Below are positions 1 through 9,109 of a stretch of DNA of 64,000 bases, in pieces. The notes under the pieces are model-generated. The model was not told where the DNA came from and searched no databases. It worked only from the letters and a program-made list of their open reading frames with translations. Numbering within the stretch: the first letter of the stretch is position 1; each line of letters opens with the position of its first letter. The position numbers and the translations under genes are program-made. This stretch comes from Burkholderiaceae bacterium (GTDB lineage: Bacteria > Pseudomonadota > Gammaproteobacteria > Burkholderiales > Burkholderiaceae_C), in assembly GCA_046155225.1 (NCBI GenBank), contig JBJXED010000039.1, positions 3,742 through 67,741 on the forward strand, written 5' to 3'.

Positions 1-975
1 GAGGTGATTCGGCTGTCTGGCTACACCGAAGACGAAAAAACCAATATTGCCTGCAAATACCTGTTGCCCAAACAGCTCAAGAACAACGGTGTCAAGGCTG
101 AAGAGTTGCTCATCACCGAGCCGGCGGTACGCGACATGGTGCGCTACTACACGCGCGAAGCGGGTGTGCGTTCGCTGGAACGCGAGTTGTCCAAAATTTG
201 CCGCAAGGTGGTCAAAGGCATTCAGCTTAAAAAATACACCGAACTGGTGACGGTGACGGCAGACAACCTGAACGACTTTTTGGGTGTGCGCAAGTTCACC
301 TACGGCCGCGCTGAGGAGCAAAACCAGGTCGGCCAGGTGGTGGGGTTGGCATGGACCGAAGTTGGCGGCGACTTGCTCACCATCGAGGCGGCCATCATGC
401 CGGGCAAAGGCGTCATCACCCGCACCGGCTCGCTCGGCGACGTGATGAAAGAATCGGTGGAGACTGCGCGCACAGTGGTACGCAGCCGCTCGCGCCGCCT
501 GGGCATCAAGGACGAGGCGTTTGAGAAAAAAGACGTGCACATTCACGTGCCCGACGGCGCTACGCCCAAAGACGGGCCGAGCGCCGGTGCGGCAATGACC
601 ACGGCCTTTGTTTCGGCCATGACAGGCATTGCGGTGCGCGGCGATGTCGCCATGACGGGCGAAATTACCCTGCGCGGCGAAGTCACCGCGATTGGCGGCT
701 TGAAAGAAAAGCTGCTGGCGGCCCTGCGCGGCGGCATCAAGACCGTGCTGATCCCGGAAGAGAATGCCAAAGACTTGCAGGATATTCCCGAGAACGTCAA
801 AAACGGTTTGGAGATCGTGCCAGTGCGCTGGATCGACAAGGTACTGGAGCTTGCGCTGGTGCGCATGCCTGAGCCTTTGCCCGATGACGAACCAGCCTCT
901 GTTCCCGCTGCAGCCGCCGCTGCAGCCGCCGTTGCGCCAGTAGCCGATGTTGCGGCCCCATCGATCAAGCACTGA
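1..975 (+). CDS. lon: Lon protease, C-terminal part (5' end lies outside the window)
   Basis: Frame is open from base 1. Protease-domain motifs PKDGPSAGAAMTTAFVSAMTG (catalytic Ser) and GGLKEKLLAALRGGIKTVLIPEEN are present, followed by an Ala-rich tail. Confidence 0.95.
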   Translation, partial: EVIRLSGYTEDEKTNIACKYLLPKQLKNNGVKAEELLITEPAVRDMVRYYTREAGVRSLERELSKICRKVVKGIQLKKYTELVTVTADNLNDFLGVRKFTYGRAEEQNQVGQVVGLAWTEVGGDLLTIEAAIMPGKGVITRTGSLGDVMKESVETARTVVRSRSRRLGIKDEAFEKKDVHIHVPDGATPKDGPSAGAAMTTAFVSAMTGIAVRGDVAMTGEITLRGEVTAIGGLKEKLLAALRGGIKTVLIPEENAKDLQDIPENVKNGLEIVPVRWIDKVLELALVRMPEPLPDDEPASVPAAAAAAAAVAPVADVAAPSIKH

Positions 976-1035
976 AAATCTACACGCGCTGGCAAAAGAG
1001 GCAATTAAATGGCGCTATAATTTGCGGCTGTATTC

Positions 1036-1111
1036 GCGGGAGTAGCTCAGTTGGTAGAGCGCAACCTTGCCAAGGTTGAGGTCGAGAGTTCGAGACTCTT
1101 CTCCCGCTCCA
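1036..1111 (+). tRNA. tRNA-Gly (anticodon GCC)
   Basis: Cloverleaf read by hand: acceptor GCGGGAG/CTCCCGC, anticodon loop TTGCCAA, T-loop GTTCGAGA, encoded CCA. Confidence 0.93.
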
Positions 1112-1119
1112 TGTTCAAT

Positions 1120-1148
1120 GAAAAGGGAAGCTGCGGCTTCCCTTTTTC
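1120..1148 (+). terminator. Hairpin plus T-run after tRNA-Gly
   Basis: AAAAGGGAAGC-TGCG-GCTTCCCTTTTT. Confidence 0.5.
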
Positions 1149-1186
1149 ATCAGCAGCGTGGTGAAATTTAAGCGTTTTAAGTTCAG

Positions 1187-1260
1187 GGCGCGGTAGCAAA
1201 GCGGTTATGCAACGGATTGCAAATCCGTCTAGCCCGGTTCGACTCCGGGCCGCGCCTCCA
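1187..1260 (+). tRNA. tRNA-Cys (anticodon GCA)
   Basis: GGCGCGG...CCGCGCC acceptor, anticodon loop TTGCAAA, GGTTCGACTCC T-arm, encoded CCA. Closely resembles canonical bacterial tRNA-Cys. Confidence 0.93.
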
Positions 1261-1273
1261 GCTGTTTTAGTTC

Positions 1274-1310
1274 GCAGCCCCGCCATTGGTCTGACGGGGC
1301 TGTTTTGTTT
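1274..1310 (+). terminator. Rho-independent terminator after tRNA-Cys
   Basis: GCAGCCCCG-loop-CGGGGCTG followed by TTTTGTTT. Confidence 0.55.
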
Positions 1311-1349
1311 GCCAGCCTCAAGGCTTAATATGCAGCTTTGAAGCTGCGC

Positions 1350-1443
1350 GCCCTGGTGGTGAAATTGGTAGACACAGCGGACTTAAAATCCGCCGCTTTC
1401 CTGCATAAGGGGCGTACCGGTTCGATTCCGGTTCGGGGCACCA
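1350..1443 (+). tRNA. tRNA-Leu (anticodon UAA) with a long variable arm
   Basis: Acceptor GCCCTGG/TCGGGGC, anticodon stem-loop GCGGA-CTTAAAA-TCCGC, T-arm ACCGGTTCGATTCCGGT, encoded CCA. I count 94 nt because the variable arm is about 21 nt. Confidence 0.88.
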
Positions 1444-1462
1444 ACTCAGTTAAAGTTAATCC

Positions 1463-2101
1463 ATGCCAAGTTACAACGCCCCTTTTGAGATCCATGTCCA
1501 CGGCGAAGTGCCCCTGCGTCCTGACGTGAGCTTTGAGCAGTTGCAAGATGCGCTGAAGCCCCTGTGGAAATACGCCGGCGCTCGCTCGCTGGCTGACGGT
1601 GCTACCAGTGCTTACGAAGAAGAGCCGGGCATTCAACTTGACGCCCAAACGCATGTGCTGCAAATATGCTGGACCGTTCCGGGTGACGAGGACTTCCGCC
1701 AGGTGCTTGATGAGATGTGCATGGCGCTCAACGAGTTGTCACTGCAAGGCGCTTCCATTGAAGTGACTTTCTATGACACCGACTTTGACGAAGACGATGA
1801 CGAGAGCGCGCCCGGCACGCAGGACGCCCGTGATGATTTCGTGATGCTTTTTGTCGGCCCCACACCAGCCGCCATCATGCAGGCGCAGCGCGACCTTCTT
1901 GTGCAAGATGTTGTGAACATGATGGAGCGGCACTTCGATGGTGCCGAGTTGGGCGGTGTCGTAGCCGAGATAGACCGCCTGTTTGCTCAGCGGTTTGAGG
2001 TTTTGGTCAGCTCACTCGATCTGGGCAAACCGCCGCGCGGCAGCTCAGGCGGTGCAGGCAGCTCGGGCCATGGCGGGCGTCGTCCGCGGCATTTGCACTA
2101 G
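1463..2101 (+). CDS. Hypothetical acidic protein with a Gly/Ser/Arg-rich tail
   Basis: 212-aa ORF 20 nt after tRNA-Leu, with host-like codon usage and a DFDEDDDE acidic patch. I recognise no family. Confidence 0.6.
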   Translation: MPSYNAPFEIHVHGEVPLRPDVSFEQLQDALKPLWKYAGARSLADGATSAYEEEPGIQLDAQTHVLQICWTVPGDEDFRQVLDEMCMALNELSLQGASIEVTFYDTDFDEDDDESAPGTQDARDDFVMLFVGPTPAAIMQAQRDLLVQDVVNMMERHFDGAELGGVVAEIDRLFAQRFEVLVSSLDLGKPPRGSSGGAGSSGHGGRRPRHLH

Positions 2102-2125
2102 CAGAGCTGTCCAAGGTCTGTATTT

Positions 2126-3433
2126 ATGGCCTTGTTTTCTCAGAGCGCCCTGAACCCTGGGGTGCGAAAGCGCGAAGTGTTTGGCTGGGCGATGTACGAC
2201 TTCGCCAACTCGGCCTTCACTACCGTTGTCATCACGGCCGTGTTTGCGGCGTATTTCACGGGCAGCATTGCCCAACGCGCGCCTTGGGCTACCTTTGCCT
2301 GGACGGCGGCGCTCAGCCTGTCGTCTTTGATCGTGATGCTTTCCATGCCGGCGCTCGGGGCATGGGCCGACGCCCGCGCCGCCAAGAAGCGCCTGCTCAT
2401 CTTCACCACCGCAGGGTGTGTCCTGGCTACCGCAGCCCTGGCATTGACCGGGCCGGGCACAGTGGTGCTTGCCGTGCTGTTGATCGTGCTGGCCAACACC
2501 TTCTATGCCTGGGGCGAGTCGCTGGCGGCGTCATTCTTGCCCGAGTTGGCGCGGCCTGAAGCCTTGGGCAAAGTCAGCGGCTGGGGCTGGAGTTTCGGCT
2601 ATATCGGCGGCATGTTGGCACTGGGCCTGTGCCTGGCCTATGTGCTGTCAGCGCAGGCCCGAGGGCAAAGTGCCGCCGAGTTCGTGCCCATCACCATGCT
2701 GGTGACAGCGGTGTTTTATGGCGCTTCGGCCTGCGCGACGTTTGCGTTACTGCAAGAGCGTGCCGCGCCCGCACAAACGGCTCCGGCGGGCGGTTTGGGT
2801 GCCTCGCTGCGCCAGTTGCGCCAAACCTTTGTGCAGGCGCGACAGTACCGGGATTTGATGTGGTTGCTCGCCAGCACCGTCAGCTACCAGGGCGGCGTGG
2901 CAGCAACGATTGCGCTGGCGGCCATTTATGCCGAGCAAGTCATAGGCTTTGCCCAGCAAGAAACCATGGTGCTGATCTTTGCGCTCAATCTGGCGGCTGC
3001 CATTGGCGCTTTTGTTTTTGGCTATGGGCAGGACCGCATCGGCCACCGCTTGGCCCTGGCTCTGACACTGGTGGGCTGGATCATCACTTGCGTCCTGGCA
3101 GCGCTGGCCACGACCAAAACCGATTTTTGGTACGCCGCTGCATTGGCTGGTTTATGCATGGGCAGCAGCCAATCGGCTGGCCGCGCCATGGTGGGGCTGC
3201 TCGCGCCGGCCCGGCAGCTTGCTGAGTTCTATGGTTTGTGGACGTTTGCCGTGCGTCTGGCCAGCATCATTGGCCCCTTGAGCTTTGGCACCATTGCGTG
3301 GTTGTCGGGTGGCGACCAGCGACTGGCGATTCTCTCTACTGCCGTGTTGTTTGTCATGGGTTTGCTGCTGCTGTGGCCGCTCGACATGGCGCGCGGGCAG
3401 GCGGCAGCCAACGCGCCGACTGCCGCGACTTGA
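2126..3433 (+). CDS. MFS transporter (UMF1 / Atg22-like family)
   Basis: About 12 predicted TM helices. The N-terminus VFGWAMYDFANSAFTTVVITAVF is typical of this family. Confidence 0.8.
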   Translation: MALFSQSALNPGVRKREVFGWAMYDFANSAFTTVVITAVFAAYFTGSIAQRAPWATFAWTAALSLSSLIVMLSMPALGAWADARAAKKRLLIFTTAGCVLATAALALTGPGTVVLAVLLIVLANTFYAWGESLAASFLPELARPEALGKVSGWGWSFGYIGGMLALGLCLAYVLSAQARGQSAAEFVPITMLVTAVFYGASACATFALLQERAAPAQTAPAGGLGASLRQLRQTFVQARQYRDLMWLLASTVSYQGGVAATIALAAIYAEQVIGFAQQETMVLIFALNLAAAIGAFVFGYGQDRIGHRLALALTLVGWIITCVLAALATTKTDFWYAAALAGLCMGSSQSAGRAMVGLLAPARQLAEFYGLWTFAVRLASIIGPLSFGTIAWLSGGDQRLAILSTAVLFVMGLLLLWPLDMARGQAAANAPTAAT

Positions 3434-3582
3434 ACTGAAGCCCCGGCCTATGCGCTCCGGTGCAATTACTTGGCAGCAAGTTGGCTCAGCACTAGGGCAG
3501 ATGCGGATGGCTCATCATCGTCTGTAAGACTAAAGTCAGTAAAGACAGCCCTCTGCGCAGTGTTGGGCACATAAAAAGGACT

Positions 3583-4704
3583 TTGGTGAAGCCACTACAA
3601 ACTTTCTTCGTATCTCTGGGCCTCTTGTATTGGGCGGCGCTGGGCCAGCCAGCGCTGGCCCAAGATGGCGTCACCAAATCCACCATCGTTATCGGTCAGT
3701 CGGTAGCCATGACGGGGCCGGGGTCGGTGCTTGCCGTTCCGTTTGCCCAGGGCGCGCGGCTGTACTTTGACCGGGTCAACGCCGCCGGCGGCGTGAGCGG
3801 CCGCAAAATTGAGCTGGTGACGATGGACGACGCTGGCAATTCCGCCGCTACGGTAGCCAACACCAAAAAGCTGCTTGAGCAAGGAGTGTTGTCGCTGTTT
3901 GGCTACTACGGCACGCAGCAAGTCACGGCCGCTTACACGGCGATCAAAGACACCGATGTCTTGCTGTTTGCCCCGATGTCAGGCGCTGACGAATTTCGCG
4001 GCGCCAATTTCCCCAACTTGTACTCGCTGCGGCCTGGCTATTCAGAAGAGGCAGCGGCCATCACCCGGCATGCTGAGATTCTGGGCGCGCGCAAACTTGC
4101 AATCGTCCACGCCAAGGACGCCGAGTCGCTCGCCGCGCTCGATTCGGCCGAACGCACCATGGGCGGGCTGGGTGCCAATCTGCTTGCCAAAGTGCCGATT
4201 GACAGCATTGACAAAGCCCTCGTTGCGCGGCCGGAGTCGGTGTTGTTGATCGCCGATTCGGCGGGCGCGGCCATCGCCATCAAAGAGCTGCGCGTCAAGG
4301 GCTTTCGCGGCCCGGTGTACGGCTTTTCCAGCACGGGTGAGAGTTTGCTGGCCGACCTGCTTGGCCCGGCGGGTGCGGGCGTGGTGGTAGCCAGGATTGT
4401 GCCCAAGAGCGACAACGCCAAGGTTCCGGTGGTGCGCGACTTGAGGGCAGACGCTGCCAGCGCCAAGCTGGGCAAGCCCAATGTCTACATGCTCGAAGGC
4501 TATATTGCGGCGCGGGTTTACACCGAAGCCCTGAACCGCATCGTCAGCAAAGACGGCCCCACCCGGGCCCGGCTGCGCAAAGCACTCGATGCCTTGGACG
4601 ACGTGAGTGTGGGCGGTTTTCGCGTGCATTTTGCCGAGGAGCGGGTGGCCTCGAAAATGGTGGAGCTCAGCCTGATCGACTCCACTGGCCGGATGCGCGA
4701 ATAG
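3583..4704 (+). CDS. ABC transporter substrate-binding protein (type 1 periplasmic binding fold, branched-chain amino acid type)
   Basis: Signal peptide ending ALAQDG. IVIGQSVAMTGPGS ... VNAAGGVSGRKIELV pattern matches LivJ-like binders. Start is TTG 3583 or GTG 3586, after AAAAAGGA. Confidence 0.8.
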   Translation: MVKPLQTFFVSLGLLYWAALGQPALAQDGVTKSTIVIGQSVAMTGPGSVLAVPFAQGARLYFDRVNAAGGVSGRKIELVTMDDAGNSAATVANTKKLLEQGVLSLFGYYGTQQVTAAYTAIKDTDVLLFAPMSGADEFRGANFPNLYSLRPGYSEEAAAITRHAEILGARKLAIVHAKDAESLAALDSAERTMGGLGANLLAKVPIDSIDKALVARPESVLLIADSAGAAIAIKELRVKGFRGPVYGFSSTGESLLADLLGPAGAGVVVARIVPKSDNAKVPVVRDLRADAASAKLGKPNVYMLEGYIAARVYTEALNRIVSKDGPTRARLRKALDALDDVSVGGFRVHFAEERVASKMVELSLIDSTGRMRE

Positions 4705-4712
4705 CGCAGAGC

Positions 4713-5546
4713 CTACAAGGCCAGCGCCGTGGCCTCACCATGCAATTGCAGCCAGCGCTGCGCTGCCGCTGACAGCGCTGCCGCCGGGCCGGTAGTCAGC
4801 AGCATGACCGAGCCGACTTGCGTCGCCGCAGGGCGCATCAGTTGATCCGCCTCCAGAAGGCTTCGCGTCTGCCGCGCCACGGGTGCGCCGGTTTCCACCA
4901 GCGTGACCTCCGGCCCCACCAGACGCTGCAGCAGGTCGCTGGCGAAGGGGTAATGCGTGCAACCGAGCACCAGCGTGTCGATTTGCCCTTTTTTTATGCC
5001 GAATTGGCCTGTAGCCAGCGTATAACTTGCACATAGCGCTTCTATTTTTGTAGCGTCTTCGGTGCCGATGCTTTGCTCAATGGCATCCGCCAGGCCATCG
5101 CAGGGCTGGCATACAAACTCAGCCTGCCCGGCCAGCGTAGCCAGAAGTGCCTGAAATTTGCCGCTGGCCAGCGTGCCGCGTGTGGCCAGCACCGCGATGC
5201 GCCGGGTTTGGCTCAGTAACGCAGCGGGCTTGATGGCCGGCTCCACCCCGACGATGGGCAGGCCCTTCTGCTCGGCCCGCAGCAGATGAATGGCGGCGGC
5301 AGTGGCGGTGTTGCAAGCCACCACCAGCGCTTTGATGCGGTGCTGACCGCGCAAATACGCTGCCGCCTTGCGGCTGCGCTCGATCACGTACGCATCGCCG
5401 CGCTCGCCGTAGGGAGCGTGGCCACTATCGGCCAGGTAGATGAAATGTTCGCCGGGAAGCTCGCTGCGCAGCGCCCGCAAAATACTCAGGCCGCCGATGC
5501 CGCTGTCGAATACGCCGATGGGCGCGGCAGGGTCTGGCGTGTTCAA
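4713..5546 (-). CDS. murI: Glutamate racemase
   Basis: Motifs IGVFDSGIGGLSIL, VVACNTATA and LVLGCTHYPF. Contains repeat copy A in frame (see findings). Confidence 0.9.
   Translation of the reverse strand: MNTPDPAAPIGVFDSGIGGLSILRALRSELPGEHFIYLADSGHAPYGERGDAYVIERSRKAAAYLRGQHRIKALVVACNTATAAAIHLLRAEQKGLPIVGVEPAIKPAALLSQTRRIAVLATRGTLASGKFQALLATLAGQAEFVCQPCDGLADAIEQSIGTEDATKIEALCASYTLATGQFGIKKGQIDTLVLGCTHYPFASDLLQRLVGPEVTLVETGAPVARQTRSLLEADQLMRPAATQVGSVMLLTTGPAAALSAAAQRWLQLHGEATALAL
4989..5055 (+). repeat. AT-rich repeat family, copy A (inside murI)
   Basis: TTTTTTATGCCGAATTGGCCTGTAGCCAGCGTATAACTTGCACATAGCGCTTCTATTTTTGTAGC. Shares a 20-nt identical run with copy D and a 15/16 3' block with copy E. 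Confidence 0.8.
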
Positions 5547-7087
5547 GCAGCGTTCAGCGGAATATTCTTGAACGCGCCTGTGGCGATTTTCTCCTGCCAG
5601 ATCGCCGGGCCGGTGATGTGCGCGCTGGTTCCGCCCGCGTCCACCGCCACGGTGACTGGCATGTCAAGCATGTCAAATTCATAGATGGCCTCCATGCCCA
5701 AATCCTCAAAGCCCACCACCTTGGCGGTTTTGATGGCTTTGCTGACCAAGTAGGCGGCGCCGCCTACCGCCATGAGGTAGGCGCTCTGGTGTTTTTTGAT
5801 GGCTTCAACGCCGGTAGGCCCACGTTCGGCCTTGCCAATCATCGCAATCAGGCCTGTTTGCGCCAGCATCATTTCGGTGAATTTGTCCATCCGGGTGGCC
5901 GTGGTGGGGCCTGCCGGGCCGACCACTTCATTCCGTACCGGATCCACCGGGCCAACGTAGTAAATCACCCGGTTGGTGAAGTCCACGGGCAGCTTCTCGC
6001 CCTTGGCCAGCATGTCCTGGATGCGCTTGTGTGCGGCGTCGCGGCCGGTGAGCATCTTGCCTGACAGCAGCAGCGTGTCGCCCGGTTTCCACGCGGCAAC
6101 TTGCTCGCGCGTGAGGGTGTTCATGTCCACCCGCAGGCTTTTGTTGTAATCGGGCGCCCAATGCACATCGGGCCACAGGTCAAGCGAAGGCGGCTCCAGA
6201 TAGGCCGGACCCGAACCGTCGAGTACAAAGTGCGCGTGGCGGGTGGCCGCGCAGTTGGGGATCATCGCGACCGGCTTGCCTGCCGCATGGGTGGGGTACA
6301 TCTTGATCTTGATGTCTAGCACCGTCGTCAAGCCGCCCAGGCCTTGGGCACCAATGCCCAGCGCGTTGACTTTTTCATACAGCTCGATGCGCAATTCTTC
6401 AGTTTTGTTGGCCGGGCCGCGCGCCAGCAGCTCGTGCATGTCGATGTCCTCCATCAGGCTTTGCTTGGCCAGCAACATGGCTTTTTCCGCCGTGCCGCCG
6501 ATGCCGATGCCCAGCATGCCCGGTGGGCACCAGCCCGCGCCCATGGTGGGTAAGGTCTTGAGTACCCAATCCACCAGACTGTCGCTCGGGTTCATCATGA
6601 CGAGCTTGCTTTTGTTCTCGCTGCCGCCGCCTTTGGCCGCCACTGTGACGTCGACCGTATTGCCGACCACCAGCTCGGTATGAATGACGGCGGGGGTGTT
6701 GTCGCCGGTGTTTTTGCGCGCAAAGTGCGGGTCGGCCAGGATGCTGCCGCGCAGCTTGTTGTCAGGGTTTAAATAGGCGCGGCGAACGCCTTCATTCACC
6801 GCGTCGTCCACCGAGCCGGTAAAGCCTTCAAACCGCACATTCATGCCGATTTTCAGAAACACATTGACGATGCCGGTGTCCTGGCAAATGGGCCGGTGCC
6901 CCTCGGCGCACATGCGCGAGTTGGTCAGAATTTGTGCAATGGCGTCTTTAGCGGCCGGGCTTTGCTCGCGCGCATAAGCCCGAGCCAGGTGGGCAATGTA
7001 GTCTGCGGGATGGTAGTAGCTGATGAATTGCAGCGCAGCGGCTACCGATTCGATCAGGTCAGCTTGTCGTAGGGTAGTCGTATTCAT
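5543..7087 (-). CDS. fumA: Class I (Fe-S) fumarate hydratase, fused alpha/beta type
   Basis: 514 aa. ICQDTGIVNVF and KGGGSENKSKL motifs in the N-terminal half; TGRDAAHKR and the GP...TTATRMD region in the C-terminal half. Confidence 0.88.
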   Translation of the reverse strand: MNTTTLRQADLIESVAAALQFISYYHPADYIAHLARAYAREQSPAAKDAIAQILTNSRMCAEGHRPICQDTGIVNVFLKIGMNVRFEGFTGSVDDAVNEGVRRAYLNPDNKLRGSILADPHFARKNTGDNTPAVIHTELVVGNTVDVTVAAKGGGSENKSKLVMMNPSDSLVDWVLKTLPTMGAGWCPPGMLGIGIGGTAEKAMLLAKQSLMEDIDMHELLARGPANKTEELRIELYEKVNALGIGAQGLGGLTTVLDIKIKMYPTHAAGKPVAMIPNCAATRHAHFVLDGSGPAYLEPPSLDLWPDVHWAPDYNKSLRVDMNTLTREQVAAWKPGDTLLLSGKMLTGRDAAHKRIQDMLAKGEKLPVDFTNRVIYYVGPVDPVRNEVVGPAGPTTATRMDKFTEMMLAQTGLIAMIGKAERGPTGVEAIKKHQSAYLMAVGGAAYLVSKAIKTAKVVGFEDLGMEAIYEFDMLDMPVTVAVDAGGTSAHITGPAIWQEKIATGAFKNIPLNAA

Positions 7088-7145
7088 AATGCCAGCAGTC
7101 TACTAAATCAGACGCAGATCAGCGTTCTATCTACAAGCCAGTGCC

Positions 7146-8321
7146 GTGTCCCAAATCAAACGCCTTACCCACCGGATCAACGATTTCATCGGTTCGCAAG
7201 CGTTTGGCGGCGTGCTGCTGGCGCTGGCGGCGCTGCTGGCCTTGTTGCTGAGTAATTCGCCCTGGGCCGATGTCTACCAGCGCCTGCTGAATTTGCGCTT
7301 TGAAGTGCGTCTGGGCAACGACTGGCTGGTACTGTCCAAGCCCATGACCCTGTGGATCAACGACTTGTGGATGGCAGTGTTCTTTTTCACGGTTGGCCTG
7401 GAGATCAAGCGCGAGGTTTTGGAGGGCGAGTTGGCCAGCCGCGCGCAGGTGTTGCTGCCCGCCGGGGCAGCCTTGGGCGGCATGCTGGTGCCCGCGCTCA
7501 TTTATGCCGCGATCAATTGGGGCGACACCGTCGCCCTGCGCGGCTGGGCCATACCGGCGGCTACCGACATTGCCTTTGCCCTGGGCATTTTGGCGCTGCT
7601 CGGCAGCCGTGTGCCGCTTTCGCTCAAGCTGTTTTTGACGGCGGTGGCCATTATTGATGACCTGGGTGCCATTCTCATCATTGCCTTTTTCTACACAGAC
7701 AAGTTGTCACTGAACATGCTGCTGGCTGCGGCTGTGGGGGCCTGCCTGCTGCTGGCACTGAATCGGGCGCGAGTGGTGCGCATCGGGCCATATGTGGTGA
7801 TTGGTCTGGTAGTCTGGGTCTGTGTGCTCAAGTCCGGGGTGCATGCCACGTTGGCCGGGGTGATTGCCGCGCTGGCTATCCCCATGGCCGACGGCAAGGG
7901 GGGCTCACCACTTAAAACCGCCGAGCACGCGCTGCATCCCTGGGTGGCATTCTTGGTATTGCCTGGCTTTGCCTTTGCCAATGCAGGCGTTTCGCTCGAA
8001 GGCCTGACAGCGGCCGCCTTGCTGCAAGGCGTGCCGCTGGGCATTGCGGCGGGTTTGCTGCTGGGCAAGGCAGTGGGCGTGTTCAGCGCGTCGTGGCTGC
8101 TGATACGCTTTGGCGGTGCCCAGTTGCCCAGCCAGGCAAGCTGGGCGCAGTTTTTGGGCGTGTGTGTACTGTGCGGCATTGGCTTTACCATGAGCCTGTT
8201 CATTGGCAGCCTGGCCTTTGAGGGGCTTGCTGCCTATGAAGCCCAGGTCAAGCTGGGCGTGCTGGGCGGCTCACTGCTGTCGGCCGCGGTTGGCGTAATG
8301 TTGTTACTGCGCGCACGTTGA
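7146..8321 (+). CDS. nhaA: Na+/H+ antiporter NhaA
   Basis: 391-aa polytopic membrane protein with the conserved LTAVAIIDDLGAILIIA (DD pair) and WINDLWMAVFFF motifs. GTG start. Confidence 0.9.
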   Translation: MSQIKRLTHRINDFIGSQAFGGVLLALAALLALLLSNSPWADVYQRLLNLRFEVRLGNDWLVLSKPMTLWINDLWMAVFFFTVGLEIKREVLEGELASRAQVLLPAGAALGGMLVPALIYAAINWGDTVALRGWAIPAATDIAFALGILALLGSRVPLSLKLFLTAVAIIDDLGAILIIAFFYTDKLSLNMLLAAAVGACLLLALNRARVVRIGPYVVIGLVVWVCVLKSGVHATLAGVIAALAIPMADGKGGSPLKTAEHALHPWVAFLVLPGFAFANAGVSLEGLTAAALLQGVPLGIAAGLLLGKAVGVFSASWLLIRFGGAQLPSQASWAQFLGVCVLCGIGFTMSLFIGSLAFEGLAAYEAQVKLGVLGGSLLSAAVGVMLLLRAR

Positions 8322-8334
8322 CCGGGCCCCGGGC

Positions 8335-8937
8335 TTACTTGTGCGGCGCGGGAATAGTGGCCATCAATTTATCGGTATAAGCGATGGCAATCGCGCTGAG
8401 CAAAAACACCACGTGAATCAGCGTTTGCCACATCAGCACTTTCACGTCGTAATTGGCAGCGTTGATGAAGGTTTTGAGCAGGTGAATCGAGCTGATGCCG
8501 ATGATGGCGGTGGCCAGCTTGACCTTGAGCACAGCGGCATTCACATGGCTCAGCCACTCAGGCTGGTCGGGGTGGTCTTGCAAATTCATGCGGCTGACAA
8601 AGGTTTCGTAGCCGCCGACGATCACCATGATGAGCAGGTTGGAGATCATCACCACGTCAATCAGCGCCAGCACCACCAGCATGATGATGACCTCATTGAG
8701 CGCCGTCACCGTGGTGCCGTCTTTGTAGCCAATGCTGCTCACCAGTATTTGCAGTGCAGTCTGGCTGCCAAATGCGGCTTCAATCAGGTGGAACAGCTCC
8801 ACCAAAAAGTGCCACACATAGACACCTTGCGCCGCGATCAAGCCGAGGTACAGCGGCAATTGCAGCCAGCGGCTGGCAAAAATAAAGCTGGACAGCGCGC
8901 TGGCTGATTTCGAGCTGGGTAGAGGGTCTTGGCTCAT
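8335..8937 (-). CDS. UPF0114 / YqhA-family membrane protein
   Basis: From the internal ATG: MSQDPLP...[23 protein letters not shown] is family-typical. The upstream 40 codons of the ORF look non-coding. Confidence 0.72.
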   Translation of the reverse strand: MSQDPLPSSKSASALSSFIFASRWLQLPLYLGLIAAQGVYVWHFLVELFHLIEAAFGSQTALQILVSSIGYKDGTTVTALNEVIIMLVVLALIDVVMISNLLIMVIVGGYETFVSRMNLQDHPDQPEWLSHVNAAVLKVKLATAIIGISSIHLLKTFINAANYDVKVLMWQTLIHVVFLLSAIAIAYTDKLMATIPAPHK

Positions 8938-9109
8938 GGCGGTTTCCGGGTTTTTACTTAGGCGCTGATTGTAGGAGCGCTGTGTGACCGGGCTTTTTAT
9001 TCGGTAAATTGGGTGTCGGCCTGAGCTGTTTGGGGTGTCAGTGGCTTGTAAGAGCAAACCCCGATATTTAAAAGCTTAAAAAAACAAGTTCACATCAGGA
9101 GACAAAAAA

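Noticed and set aside
1295-1345. Possible half copy of the repeat after tRNA-Cys (TTTTGTTTGCC… TTTGAAGC)
   Set aside because: It shares 11 nt with copy C and the TTTGAAGC end with copy B, but it lacks the GTAGCC core. It also overlaps the terminator T-run, so chance similarity cannot be excluded.
7088-7140. Possible eighth (inverted, degenerate) copy of the AT-rich repeat in the fumA-nhaA spacer
   Set aside because: Only GGCTTGTAG and a TTTAGTAG-like end resemble the family, and the middle does not align convincingly by eye.
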